Assembly (NCBI RefSeq): GCF_009914755.1
Contig: NC_060932.1
Reading direction: 5' to 3' (one strand)
DNA length: 64,000 bases
DNA from: the human T2T-CHM13v2.0 reference genome, Homo sapiens
This document shows, piece by piece, positions 23,790 to 35,182 of the stretch. Position 1 is the first letter of the stretch, and each line of letters begins with the position of its first letter. A model generated the notes under the pieces. The model had not been told where the DNA came from and did not search any database. It saw nothing but the letters and a program-made list of their open reading frames with translations. Position numbers and translations under genes: made by a program.

Positions 23790-24790
23790 GCACAGAGAAG
23801 TGGAAATAACAAGCAGGACAAGCACTTCATCAAAGAAGAAACGCCAGCCACTGATGAGCACGTGGCAAGGCGCCAGGCCTCTCCAGTAATCAAAGAATGC
23901 AGGCTGAGAGACTGTAGCACAATTCTTTTTGGCCTAGTAGACTGGCATAGATTTTTAAGGAAAATAAAAGCTATTGCTGGCAAGAGTCAAGGGAAATGGA
24001 TATTTTCATACATGGCTGATTAGAGTCTAAAAGCTGTAATATTTATGGAGGGCAACCTCACAAGTAGCAAACAGCCTTGAAAAATATACAGACCCTTTGA
24101 CTCAGGGTCTATTCACATTGTTAATATGGGCAGATTTATAATACAACATTATTAATATGGCCAGATTTATAATATGGGCAGTATTGTAACACTGAGAAAC
24201 TAAAAACTCCCTATAGTCCAAAAATATGGGGGGATGGGCTAAATACTTTCTGGAACATTTGCATAAAGGAATACTATGTAGCCATTAAAAATCATAATTT
24301 ACATGTAGATTTGGCATGGAACATATTAAGTAAAAGCATAGTTTTACATATTAAGTAAAAGCATAGAAGAAATACATAAAGGAGGCAGTCATTTACTCAG
24401 CATTGAGGATCTGGTGCCTCCCAGGTGCTGGACCCTGGAGCCACAGCAGTGAATATGACAGCTGTGACCCTAGCTCCTGCAGTTCCCTGGGCAGTCAGGG
24501 AACTGGGGGCACGGGGCAGGCAGGTTTTGCCACCCACCAGTGGTGGGCCAGGCCCTGCGGGCCACACCGACTGCGCTGGCCTGGAAGACCCTGGCCATAT
24601 TTTCAGTGATGTCTAATTTTGAATAAAATATGTACCTGGAAAATCATCTAGAAAGCTGCATACCTATCTGTTAGTGGTCACCATCTCTGGATGGTGGGAT
24701 TTCTGGTAATAGTCCATTTCTTCTTTGTGTTCACCTCCAATTGTTAGTTTTCTACAATGAGCATGACTTCCGTTTTCATTTTAATTCATC
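23790..24790 (+). mobile_element. Ancient L1 (L1ME-like) 3' remnant, interrupted by repeat B copy at 24365-24597
   Basis: ccagtaatcaaagaatgca, ccctttgactcag and ggaatactatgtagccattaaaa are old L1 3' motifs. AT-rich against the GC-rich background. Confidence 0.7.
24365..24597 (+). repeat. Dispersed direct repeat B, copy inside the L1 remnant
   Basis: Colinear with 25966-26199, ~18-19 differences in 233 bp by manual count. Confidence 0.95.
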
Positions 24791-24792
24791 AA

Positions 24793-25149
24793 CAGGGGTT
24801 ATCTAAACACAGAGCTCATAGCTCACTTTTATTCTAATCTTTGTACAGCTCTATTAAATGTCTACTAACATACGTGACACCTAGTGTTAGGGGCTGAATC
24901 GTGACTCCAAAAATTCCCATGTTGAAGCCCTAAAGCCCAGTACAATACCTCGGGGGGGAATGTATTTAGAGACAGGGCCTTCAAAGACATACAAAGTAAA
25001 ATGAGGCCCAAGATGGGCCCAATCCTCTCGGACTGGTGTCATTATAAGAGGAGATTAAAACAGACACACACAGAGGGAAGACACAGGAAGAAGGCAGTCG
25101 TCTACAGGCCAAGGAGCGAGGCCTCAGAAGAAACCAGTGCTGCCGACAT
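24793..25149 (+). repeat. Dispersed direct repeat C, putative donor (unique flank plus 5' part of MLT1A)
   Basis: Colinear with 28735-29058. Confidence 0.95.
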
Positions 25150-25253
25150 CTTGACCTTGAATTTCTATGAATTTCGAGACTCCACAACTGTCAGAAATAA
25201 CTTTTTGTTGTCTAAGCCACACAGTCTGTAGTGCTTTGTTAGAAAAACTACTA
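24885..25253 (+). mobile_element. MLT1A/MLT1A0 MaLR solo LTR
   Basis: tgttaggggctgaatcgtg...gaggcctcagaagaaacca...ctaagccacacagtctgtagtgctttgtt...aaactactaca. Confidence 0.9.
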
Positions 25254-25729
25254 CAGTAACCCTGTTATCCTCGGGGGCAGGTTCCAAGACCCCCAGTGGA
25301 CGGCTGAAACCTCAGATAGTACTGAACCCTATATACACTATGTTTTTTCCTCGACATACATACCTATGATAAAGTTTAACTTATGTATTAGGCATAGTGA
25401 GAGACTTACAATATTAACTAATAACACAAAAGAACAATTGAGTAAAATAAGAGTGACTGAATGCCAGCACTACAACACAGCAGCTGATCTGACGGCAGAC
25501 ACCTCCTAGGTGGCTCAGGGTGGGGAATGTGCACAGCGTGGATTCACTGGACAAAGGGAGATGCAGGGCATGACGGGCAAGATGTCACCATGCTACTCTG
25601 AGCACTGCACAATTTAAAACCTACGAATTGTTTATTTCTGGAATTTTCCATTTCACATTTTCAATCTATGGTTGAACGAGGGTCACTGAAACCAAGGAAA
25701 GCAAAACCGAGGATAAGGGAGGACTGCTG
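25254..25729. mobile_element. MER44 (Tigger7-derived) DNA transposon remnant
   Basis: Ends cagtaaccctgttatcc and ggataagggaggactgctg are degenerate TIRs. Internal gttccaagacccccagtgga..ctgaaacc and catacctatgataaagtttaa are typical. Confidence 0.85.
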
Positions 25730-25965
25730 CACTTCCAGATACTTTTAGAAAGAAGCAAATGCAAACACAGAATACAAACAAAAATAAAGTGAAGAATAAA
25801 AATAAGATTGAATAGTAATGATCCAAAGGCTTAAAATAAGCAGTAACCTAGATCTCATAGGTCAGAGAAAATGAGTGGAAGAACTAATATTCACTAAATT
25901 TTAGGTAGAGCATGAATTACTTTTATACTGATTTGTACAAATTGTTTAAAACATGCTTAAAAAGA

Positions 25966-26199
25966 AGAAGAAATACATAAAGGAAGTGGTCATTTACTCA
26001 GCATCTAGGATCTGGTGCCTGCCGGGTGCTGGACCCTGGAGCCACAGCAGTGAATATGACACTTGTGACCCTAGCTCCTGCAACTCCCCAGGGAAGGCAG
26101 GGAACTGGGGGCACGGGGCAGGCAGGTTTTGCCACCCGCCAGTGGTGGGCCAGGCCCTGTGGGCCACACTGACTGCGCTGGCCTGGAAGACCCTGGCCA
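25966..26199 (+). repeat. Dispersed direct repeat B, putative donor
   Basis: Colinear with 24365-24597 and continuous with GC-rich unique sequence downstream. Confidence 0.95.
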
Positions 26200-28424
26200 C
26201 CCTGGGCAGACACCAGCGAAAGCCCAATCCCGAGTGCTGGTCTCCCATCTGCACTGCAGGTCTCTTCAGGACCCTTCATTTCCTAAGGCACCCACAGCGC
26301 TGCCAGCCCGTTACTCCTGGCAGCCTGGCTCAGAGGGCAGTGGTGACAATGGAGCCCAGACGCCCCGGAGAGAGGTTCTGCTGCCACCTCCCGACCTTGT
26401 ATGCTGGGCTGGGACCTCGACCTGAAGAAGCCCTGGCTCCCGGAAGCCGGTCCTCACCGTGGCTCCCCGCATTTTGAGACTCACATTTCTTTCCATGTTT
26501 TGCTCCTTTGCAGAGCGGGGAAGGCTTTGGTGTCTGAGGCTTTAGGGATTCACAATGGGAGTGTCATCTTAGTGAAGTTCTCCAGGCACGGGTTCACAAA
26601 GGTTCCACAGGGAGCTGCTTTGGCGAGATGGGCCTGGGTCCCCACGGGGCCCCATCATTCTCCAGCTCTGTGACATCGTGAAACTGCGCAAACAGTGCCT
26701 CAACTGAGAGCTCCCAGTGGACAGCTCAGCCAGCGTCTGGTGCTCTAGGAGGGAGGAAACCATGGCAGATGCTCTTTTCCTGAGGCCACAGAGCTGGGGG
26801 ACATCACTAATGAGAAACAGTAAGAAATTCAATGACTTAAAAATGGAAAAGGAGAGGCCTCACAGAGATGGACTGAGCCCTTAGCGTGGTGGGGAAAACA
26901 AGTTCAACAACCTGGACCCCAGCAGGCAGGAGGAAAATTCCAGAAGACAGTAGTGCAGGAAGGCAGCTGAGGACAGTCCCACCACCAGAGACCTTGAACA
27001 AAGGCTGGCCCTGCCCGGGCCTGGCGGGCGTAGGGAAGAGTCACCACGCCTCTCCTGATGCGTCTGGGCTTCTGGGACCCTCCCGCAGGAGTCCCTGGAC
27101 AAGTGGAGAAGAGGGTTGGGTAGAGGAACTGGTCTAGAAAGTGTACCCCCAGGGACGCCAACATGCTGGAGACACTGAACTTGCTGTGTGGTCAGCCCTT
27201 GAGCATGCCTCTGCCTGCTTGGGAGCTGAAAGGGGGAGCTCAGATCCTTTGTGCACCTGCAGGGCAGGGAACTCCTCCTTCCCAGCCACCTCCAGTCCTG
27301 GTGCTAGACTGGCTCCCAGAAAACTCTAGGGCCCCAAACTCATCTCTTTTGAAACTTAACGCATCATCTATCTGCCACATTTGCTCCTTCTGCAAAGTCC
27401 CATCTCAGAGAACGGTGCCGCCCAGCACTCTCAGAAGAAACCTGGCATCAGTCCTGGCGCCTCCTGTCACTCATTTCTAGCCAATCATGAAGCCCTGCCC
27501 AGGACGCCGGATCCCATGTGTAGAAACACAGTGTATGCCAGTTGAAGCCAGGGGTCCATGTGAACCCAGAGTGTCTAGGCACTACTCATCCATGCCTCTG
27601 AAGCCTGCAACCCTGGCCAGCTCTTCTGAAATAGGGGCCTTGGGGTAGGTTTTGAAATAAAAAACATGCAGGAGAGAAAGCTGAGCTCTGGCCAGGTCAT
27701 GGAAGCGTAGGACAGTGCAGCCAGGAGGACCACTGCTGATCATCTGAAGTGACTTTCACAGAGGGGAGTGGCAGCAGACCCCACACGAGTGGTAGGCGCT
27801 GAGGACCACACGGATATTTGTGACAAGTGGAAGTAGAATCTGCGCGTCAGTGATTGAAGCCTGTGTGTGCAGACAGCGCAGACCCCAGAGCCGCCAGGCT
27901 GGGCTGACCCAAACCTGCTCCTGCAGCTCTCCTGGCCAGGCCAGGCACCCTCGGCCTTTAGGGTCAGGTGTGTCTCTAGGACACAACACAGGAGCCTGAC
28001 TCAGTGCCCACAGCCCTCCTGGCTTGCCGAGAGAGGGAACAGGGAGAAGTCTCCGCCCAGCATGGATCTGGGTGGCTAGGTTTGTTGAGAAGGGAGATAT
28101 CTGAGCTCACAGTGACAGCCCCTTTAATGGAGACTTAATTATGCTGCGGCCTGGTGTGGAGGATGGATGGGGCACTGGCTACCACATGCTGCTGAGGGCT
28201 ATCTATCTAGCCCGCCAACCTCTGAGGCCTACAGATAACCTGCTTCTCACATCACCTGGGATCCACATGGAAGGTGATCATTAAGCCAAACGGCCCACAC
28301 GTGTGCACATGTGCTTACACGCATGAATATGCTCCAGGTGAACCCACTGATGCACAGGTCTGTGCCTGTGGCCCTACAGGCCCGTGCAGGGCAGAGGGAG
28401 AGGCCCAGACTGAGTGCCCCACTG

Positions 28425-28520
28425 GTGCCTGGTGCTACAAAGAGGTCATTTCACATCACCTCATGGGAACCCAGTGAGGGGAGAGTATTATCCCATTTTA
28501 CAGATGAGGAGATGGGGGCT
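28425..28520 (-). mobile_element. MIR fragment
   Basis: attatcccattttacagatgaggag. Confidence 0.7.
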
Positions 28521-28734
28521 GGGGCCTCATCAGGGACTCATCTGACAGTCCCCAAACTCCTTCACTCTAGCCATCGCCATGGCCACCATCCCAGCCCACG
28601 CTCCTGGGATCCTGAGAAGTCCCACACTCTGCCTGTGAGCTCCCCAGGCGTCTGCCTTCGGGGTGCACATGGCCACCCCCACTGCCTTGCCTGGAGTCGG
28701 CTACACATAAAATTCCCAGGGCCACAGCTGAGCC

Positions 28735-29058
28735 CAGGGGTTATCTAAACGCAGAGCTCATAGCTCACTTTTATTCTAATCTTTGTGCAGCTCTATTAAA
28801 TGTCTACTAACATATACGACACCTAGTGTTAGGGGCTGAATTGTGACTCCAAAAATTCCCATGTTGAAGCCCTAAAGCCCAGTACAATACCTTAGACATA
28901 CAAAGTAAAATGAGGCCCAAGATGGGCCCAATCCTCTCGGACTGGTGTCATTATAAGAGGAGATTAAAACAGACACACACAGAGGGAAGACACAGGAAGA
29001 AGGCAGCCGTCTACAGGCCAAGGAGTGAGGCCTCAGAAGAAACCAATGCTGCCGACAT
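28735..29058 (+). repeat. Dispersed direct repeat C, derived copy with truncated MLT1A and a ~33-bp internal deletion
   Basis: ~9 substitutions against 24793-25149. Lacks most of cgggggggaatgtatttagagacagggccttcaa. Followed by tgcaaagtgaa x2. Confidence 0.95.
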
Positions 29059-29889
29059 TTGCAAAGTGAATGCAAAGTGAATCCCTGCAGAGCAGCTTCA
29101 TGAAGCAGGTGAGGCTGGAGGCTGAGGTCACTGTGTTCCTTTCCAGCCTAAAGCCCCAGTGAGGCACCCCTCCAGGAGGCCCACAGTTTGTGCCCTGGGC
29201 CACCTCGCAGTGGCTGTGGGTCCCGTGGCAGGACCACGCCTCTGAAGGAGCACTGGCTGCCTCGGGAGTCACGTGGCTGCACCTACCCAGCAGGTAGGGC
29301 TGTGTGGGGTTAGTCACCCAGCAGGACGCCTGGCGCGCCCAGGTCTCTGCCTCTGTCCCTCCTCGTGCCGATGGCTCTAACAGGTTTCAACGAAAATCCA
29401 AAGTGAATGCTAGAGAGTATTTAGCACCAGTGGGATCACTAAAATGAACACAAATGAAGACAAAGTTCCCAACGGCTGCCAGAGGCCCCGGCTACATTCC
29501 TGGAGTTTGTCCTGAAAGCCTCCCTGGGAGCAGGCAGTGCAGCAGACGGCACTGGGTGGGGGAATCAGCAGCCTGAACAGGCGACTGCCCCGAAGGGAAA
29601 TGGAGGCGATGATGGGGTGAGTCCTCCCCGGTGGACGGACCTCAGAGGTCGTTGGGACAGCTGGGTCGCTAGGCTGAGCTGGACAGTGACAGCTGCTTCC
29701 TGCTCACCACACCATCACTCCCATGCCCCACGCCAGCCTGCACCTTCCCCACAGCCCCCACCCTGGCTCCCAGGCATCTGCCACCTGCCTCAAAGTCCCT
29801 CACCACCCGCTCACTCCAGCCGGCAGCAAAACCACCCATCAGCCACCTCTGTAGTCCTCTGTGTGTGCGGAACCTTTGCCTGAAACCGA

Positions 29890-30190
29890 CCAACCAATCA
29901 ACCATGCATTCATTCATCCAGCGACTCTCAATTCAGCTCTTCCTATGTGCCAGGCACCCTTCTAGAAAGAAAATTAAAATGTCTAAAAATAAATAACATA
30001 GGAAGACAAAGTGCCTGTTTTCACGGCACGCATGTTCAGTGGAGAAGTCAGAAAACATCCAAACATCATCTCCCACGTGGGACAGCGGTCGACCCTACGA
30101 AGGAAAGCCAGGCCGGCTGCGAGGGGAGAGAGGAGCACGGTGCTGAGCTGGACCAGGAGCCTGGGGAAGGCTGGAGCTGCAGGCTGCTGA
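29890..30190 (-). mobile_element. L2 LINE 3' remnant
   Basis: attcattcatcca...cctatgtgccaggcacccttctag. Confidence 0.6.
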
Positions 30191-31419
30191 GAGCGCAGTG
30201 GGAGAGAGACAAGCTCCCCAGGCCACATGGACGCGGGCGAAGGCCACTGGGGCGGCAAGAAGGAGGAGGCCCCACGAAGCTCCCACGCCTGCCCTGAGTG
30301 AGACAGAAGTCGGCATGGGCTGAGCAGAGGGTCATAGATGGATTTATGGATCACAGGCCACTCGGGCTGCCCTGTGAGAAGAGACTGTGGGTGGTGACAC
30401 CGAGTAGGGACAGGTGGAAGGCTCTGGAAGGGGCTCAGGAGAAACCGGAGGATGGAGGCTGGGACTGGGGGCGCGGTGGGCTGGCCAGCCTCAGGAAGGG
30501 CTGGGTGTGCGTGTGTCTGCACGGGTGCGTGCAAGTGTGTGTCTGTGTGTGAGTGCATGTGTGCACACCCTGGGGCAGCTTTATCTCCTCCCCCAACACA
30601 AACTCATCCCCATGACCTTCACTGTCCACTCACAAGCATCACTGCCTGGAGAGACCCCCTTCCCGCTGACCGCCAGCGACAGCAGCTGTGCCGCGTCCTC
30701 CCTCCCTGGCTCACCTGCCTTAGCACAGTGCGATGTTTCCTCGGCCTCCCCAGGACCAGAAGCAGCACATGGCCAGGAGCAGGTGCTCCACAACATTTCC
30801 CGGAGGAACGAGGGCTTCTCCTGGCAAGGCTGAGCTGAGTCTTATTATCATTAATTATTGAAATTGTCATTTCCTGATGAGGATAGGAAGACTTGGCAAG
30901 GGAGCAGAATCTCTCCAGTGGACAGGTAAGGGGCAGAGCTAGGAACCAACCTTGCTCTTCTGGCCCAGCCCTAATCCCTGTCGATGTCACACACTTTTGG
31001 GAGTGCCCGGAGGGGGACAGAGAACACACAGCATCAACAGCAAAGTCTTCAAGTCCCAGGAACAAGAACCTGAGCAGAACGCCCGGATGGTATCATGTCG
31101 CCTCATGCAATGCTTAACCAGATAGTGGGGCACAGGCTGCCACTAAGGGGTCCAAAGGGGCTCTGGTCCCCAAGAATGTCTAAGGGCCAGAGTGGGCCCA
31201 GGAAGCATCCTTGGGGCTGTCCGGGTCTGTGGGGCACCTAGCCCTGACTGGGCGGGACTCTGGGGAACCCTGGGCCTCTGCACAGACTCACATCCACCCA
31301 GGGGCTCACAGGGCCATGTCCACAACAGGTGGGAGGACCTCAGCCCCTTCCCGCCTGCCAGTCCGGAAGCTCTGAGGGGCTGACTCCCAGTCACAGGGTG
31401 AGTTCTCTTTGCTTGCTTC

Positions 31420-31570
31420 TCTAATAAAAGCAAACTAGATGAGAATATTGGTCTCTGGAGACCGAGCCGAGCCCTGATTATTCATTCCCTTTGTGTCTTC
31501 CATTCCTGTAAACATTTTCCCTTTGCACAGGCTGATAAATTTGCTTTTCCCAGAAATGCTTAAGAAAAGG
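31420..31570. promoter_or_regulatory. Candidate enhancer: TEAD (CATTCC x2), SOX (CTTTGT), FOX (TGTAAACA), GATA (TGATAA) and STAT (TTCCCAGAA) motifs
   Basis: Motifs read directly within ~90 bp of non-repeat AT-richer sequence. Activity is inferred only. Confidence 0.35.
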
Positions 31571-32374
31571 CCTTTGGCCTGGGCTGGGCCCAGAGCGTGT
31601 TGTTCTCAGCTAGAAATCACTGACCGCTTTTCTGGGGCGCTGGGAAGTCAAGGGGCCGAGGCCACATCTCCAGGGGAAGGGTGTGGGCTAACTGGGGGCA
31701 CGGCGGCAGCCCAGGGCTGAGTCCCGAGGACATCTGAGGCCAGCCTGGTTTCCCCCATAGATATGGCCTGGCCTCACCAGGTGTGAGCCCAGAGCCCAGG
31801 CTGTGAGTCTGGCAGGCTGGGGCCACCCCGACATCCCCCTAGCTGGCCACTTCCCTCTTTTCGTGTTGCCCTACAAGGTGAAGCCCAAATTCTGGAGCCT
31901 TCGGAGGCCTGCCTGGCCATGGTCAAGATGAAGTGCTTGGCTCTCTGTGGCCATCTGTCCTTCCTGCCCAGTACCTGGGCCTCAAAGTGCCGTGTGCCTG
32001 GAAATGCCCTCGTCCATTTCCACAGATGAGAGTCAACTCCGCCTTCGGGCACACCCAAGGCAGGTCCACTCCAGAGAGTGTCTCTGGGCCATGCATCTGA
32101 CAAGCAAGGCAGCCCCTGGGCCAGCCTCCCAGCTTCTGTTGCTTCTGGCTCTGAGCTGTCTTCCTCCTCTCACCAGGCACCTTCAGAGGTCTTGAGCAAT
32201 AGCCACCAACCCTGACCAACCTCCTTCCTGAGGACAAGAGGACGAGGCTGGACTCTGCCAGGACCACGTGCTAGTCATGGGGGCTTGGGACCCAGCCTCA
32301 GTCTCTGGGCTCCCCGACAGGGTTCCTTCCATCCTGCAGGCCTCCTGCACAGGGACGCCAGGCTGCAGCCTCCC

Positions 32375-32670
32375 AGTCAGATGACTCAGCGCACAGATGA
32401 ACTCAGCCACTCCAGGCAAAGCCAACAGGCCCAAACAGGGGACGTCAGCTGCTATGTGACGTCATCTCACTCGTCACAACATAGTATTGATCGGTTTGTC
32501 CTCCGTGACCCAAAGAGAGGTCACAACGAATTGGGAAGGATGGGGTGGCACCAGGGTGAAGACACATGCTCATCACCCAGGGGTTAGCGTCGCTTGTTTA
32601 CACAGGTGATGCATCTCAACCCATTCGGCAAACGGGAGCTTCATCGCAATAGCGACTGCCTAATTAGGAA
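32375..32670. promoter_or_regulatory. Candidate enhancer: AP-1 TGACTCA, full CRE TGACGTCA, FOX TGTTTAC and homeobox CTAATTAG motifs
   Basis: Motifs at 32382, 32457, 32596 and 32660. Activity is inferred only. Confidence 0.3.
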
Positions 32671-32785
32671 GGCACAGCTGACCACCCAGGCCTCATTCGC
32701 AGCTGTGTTCTGAACCTGGACTCCGCCACATGGCTCGGAGCCTCTGGAGCTTTGGTCCCGTCATCTGCCTGTGTGCACGTGTGTG

Positions 32786-32815
32786 TCTGTGTGTGTGTGC
32801 GCACACACACACAGA
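32786..32815. repeat. Perfect 30-bp palindrome of (TG)n/(CA)n type
   Basis: tctgtgtgtgtgtgc|gcacacacacacaga, 15 perfect pairs with no spacer. Confidence 0.9.
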
Positions 32816-33099
32816 AAGGCACATGTGTGCTGGCTTCAAGAGCTTGGTGTAGGACAGGCTCCCCAGCTAACAAAAGGAATGATAAATCTTACCTGGGAAA
32901 CGACTGCATAAGAAGTTCCTCAGGGAAAACAAAAATGATTCTGAGGCAATAAAAGCCAAAGTCCATTGCGCCTGTGACTTACTATAAAATGACAACATGG
33001 TTACTTTCGCCTAAACCACCAATTGATGACGTGGGGGCTGTGCCTTGCACCCTCTGTAGCTCCTGTGTGCCAGTTCCCAGCTTGCCTGTAACCCCTGCA

Positions 33100-33432
33100 G
33101 AGTCATTCTTGAACTAGCCCCAAACACTGAGGTTCCAGCCACACTAGGCCCTTCCACTCTTCACACACACCACCAAGGTCCTTCACCTTCCATGGCCTCC
33201 TGCTCTGATCATCTTTCAAGAGTCAGTTCAACTGCCACCTTCTCCAGGAAGTGTTTTCTCTACCGCATGGTCAAAATTAAACACAGTCCCCTTTCCTATG
33301 GATTTCCATTTCAGCATTTAGCAGGAAGTACTTCTGCACCACCTACCTTGGTTAGACCACATGCTCCTTAGGGACAGGGCTGAGCAGGGTCTGACAGATG
33401 CTGGGTGCTTAGTAAATGTTTGCTGAATGAAG
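33100..33432 (+). mobile_element. L2 LINE 3' remnant
   Basis: atctttcaagagtcagttcaactgccaccttctccaggaag ... ggtgcttagtaaatgtttgctgaatgaa. Confidence 0.7.
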
Positions 33433-35110
33433 GATAGAGAGCTTCATTTTTCTAAAGTTTACCCATGAGAGTTGTTAAAACTCCTTAGGTCTGGCTCCAA
33501 ATAAGCCCCAGAGGGAACAGAGCGTGCCTGTTTACTCACTGTGTTATCTCCTAATGCAAGGGCTAAATGTGCAACCTAATGCTTTGTAGGGCATTGTAGA
33601 GGCGAGGCCTTGTAGAGGCGAGGTCAACATTTCCTGAATGAGCAAATGAATGAAGGAAAGATTTCCTCCTTGACAATAAAGAATTCTAGATCGTGTATTC
33701 ATCCTGGCCATGAGACTTCTTACATAACGTGTATGTTGGTGAAACAAAATCTTATCAAAACATTCAGAATGAATGAGGCTTCTGCTTCCAGTCAAGACGG
33801 AGTAACAAGGATAGATTTACCCTCTGCCTGGAACAAACAACATAAAACAATAAAACAGACAAAATACATGAAACAATGGTTTCCAAGACACTGGCCATTA
33901 GGGAACAAAGAACAGAGAGAGAAAAGACACAAATGAAGTGAGCCCTAGAATCATCCCAGCTCATTGTGACAGCACAGGGAGTGGGGACCTCAGGGGCACC
34001 CCTAAAGACTGTGAGTTGAGGAGCTGGAACTGAGAGTCTAGGAAGGTGAATGCAGCTAGAGTTTACAGGACAGAATACTGGAAAGGAGACAAGAGAGCTG
34101 CAGCTGACGGGGAAGGAAGGGAGAGAGAGAGAAAAAAAAACCTATAGAGATCGGTGGGGGGTTCCCTTACGGATTCAGCAAGACACTGAAAGTACCCAAG
34201 GCTAAGGGCAAGAAACACTTGAGAAGTTACAGGAAAATGTGCCTGATGCTCACACAGAGCGAGGAATAGTGCCTGTTCCCATCAGTCAAACACACACACA
34301 CACACCCATCAGAATTCATAAGGCATTAGGTAGCACATTTAGCTCTTGCATTAGTAGTGGGGAATAATTAGTCCTAGACTAAACACTGCTCTGTTCCTGC
34401 CTAAAAAAAATCTTAAAAGCAAAACCCAAAAGGATATAACTGTTTCTGAGTAATTTAACTGTATCTTAGCATCTCAAAGATATTTATAGCCAGCACCCAA
34501 CAAGACAAAATTTATAATGTCTGGCACCCAATGAAAGATTACCAGGCATGCAAAGAAACAGAAAAATATGACTCACAATGAGGAGTAAAAACAACCAATC
34601 AAAACAGGCCCAGAACTGACATAAATGTTAGAATTAGCAGTGAGGACATTAAAACAGTTATCATAACTGTATTCTATTTGTTCAAAAATTTAATGACATA
34701 GAAGATACAAAAATGATCCAGACTGAACTTATGTCAATGAAATATATAACATCTCAGATAAAAACAAAAAGGATGGAGTTAACAGATTAGACCTTGCAGA
34801 ATTAAAAATAGTGAATTTGAAGACACAGCTATACAAACTATCCAAAATGAAACACACAGACAAAAAAATTTTATTAAAAGAAAACACTGGTAAGCTCTGA
34901 GACAATTTCAAGTTGCTGAACACAGCTGTAACTGGAGACCTCTGAAGGAGAAGAGAGTGGAGGGAGACAGGAAAAATAATTTAAAAAATAATGGTCAAAA
35001 TTTTCCCCAAATCCATAAAAACTATAAACTTAAAGATCCAAGAAGCTACACAAATCCAAAGCACAAGACACATAATGTAAACTACACCAAGGCACACTAT
35101 ATTGTAAAAT

Positions 35111-35182
35111 GTTTTTGCCATTACTTTTAATTTGCCATTAAAAGTAATGGCAAAAACTGCAACTACTTTTGCACCAACCTAA
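35111..35182. mobile_element. MADE1 (Hsmar1-derived MITE), left end truncated, centre rearranged
   Basis: The right end ggcaaaaactgcaactacttttgcaccaacctaa|TA is the MADE1/Hsmar1 TIR. Confidence 0.9.
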
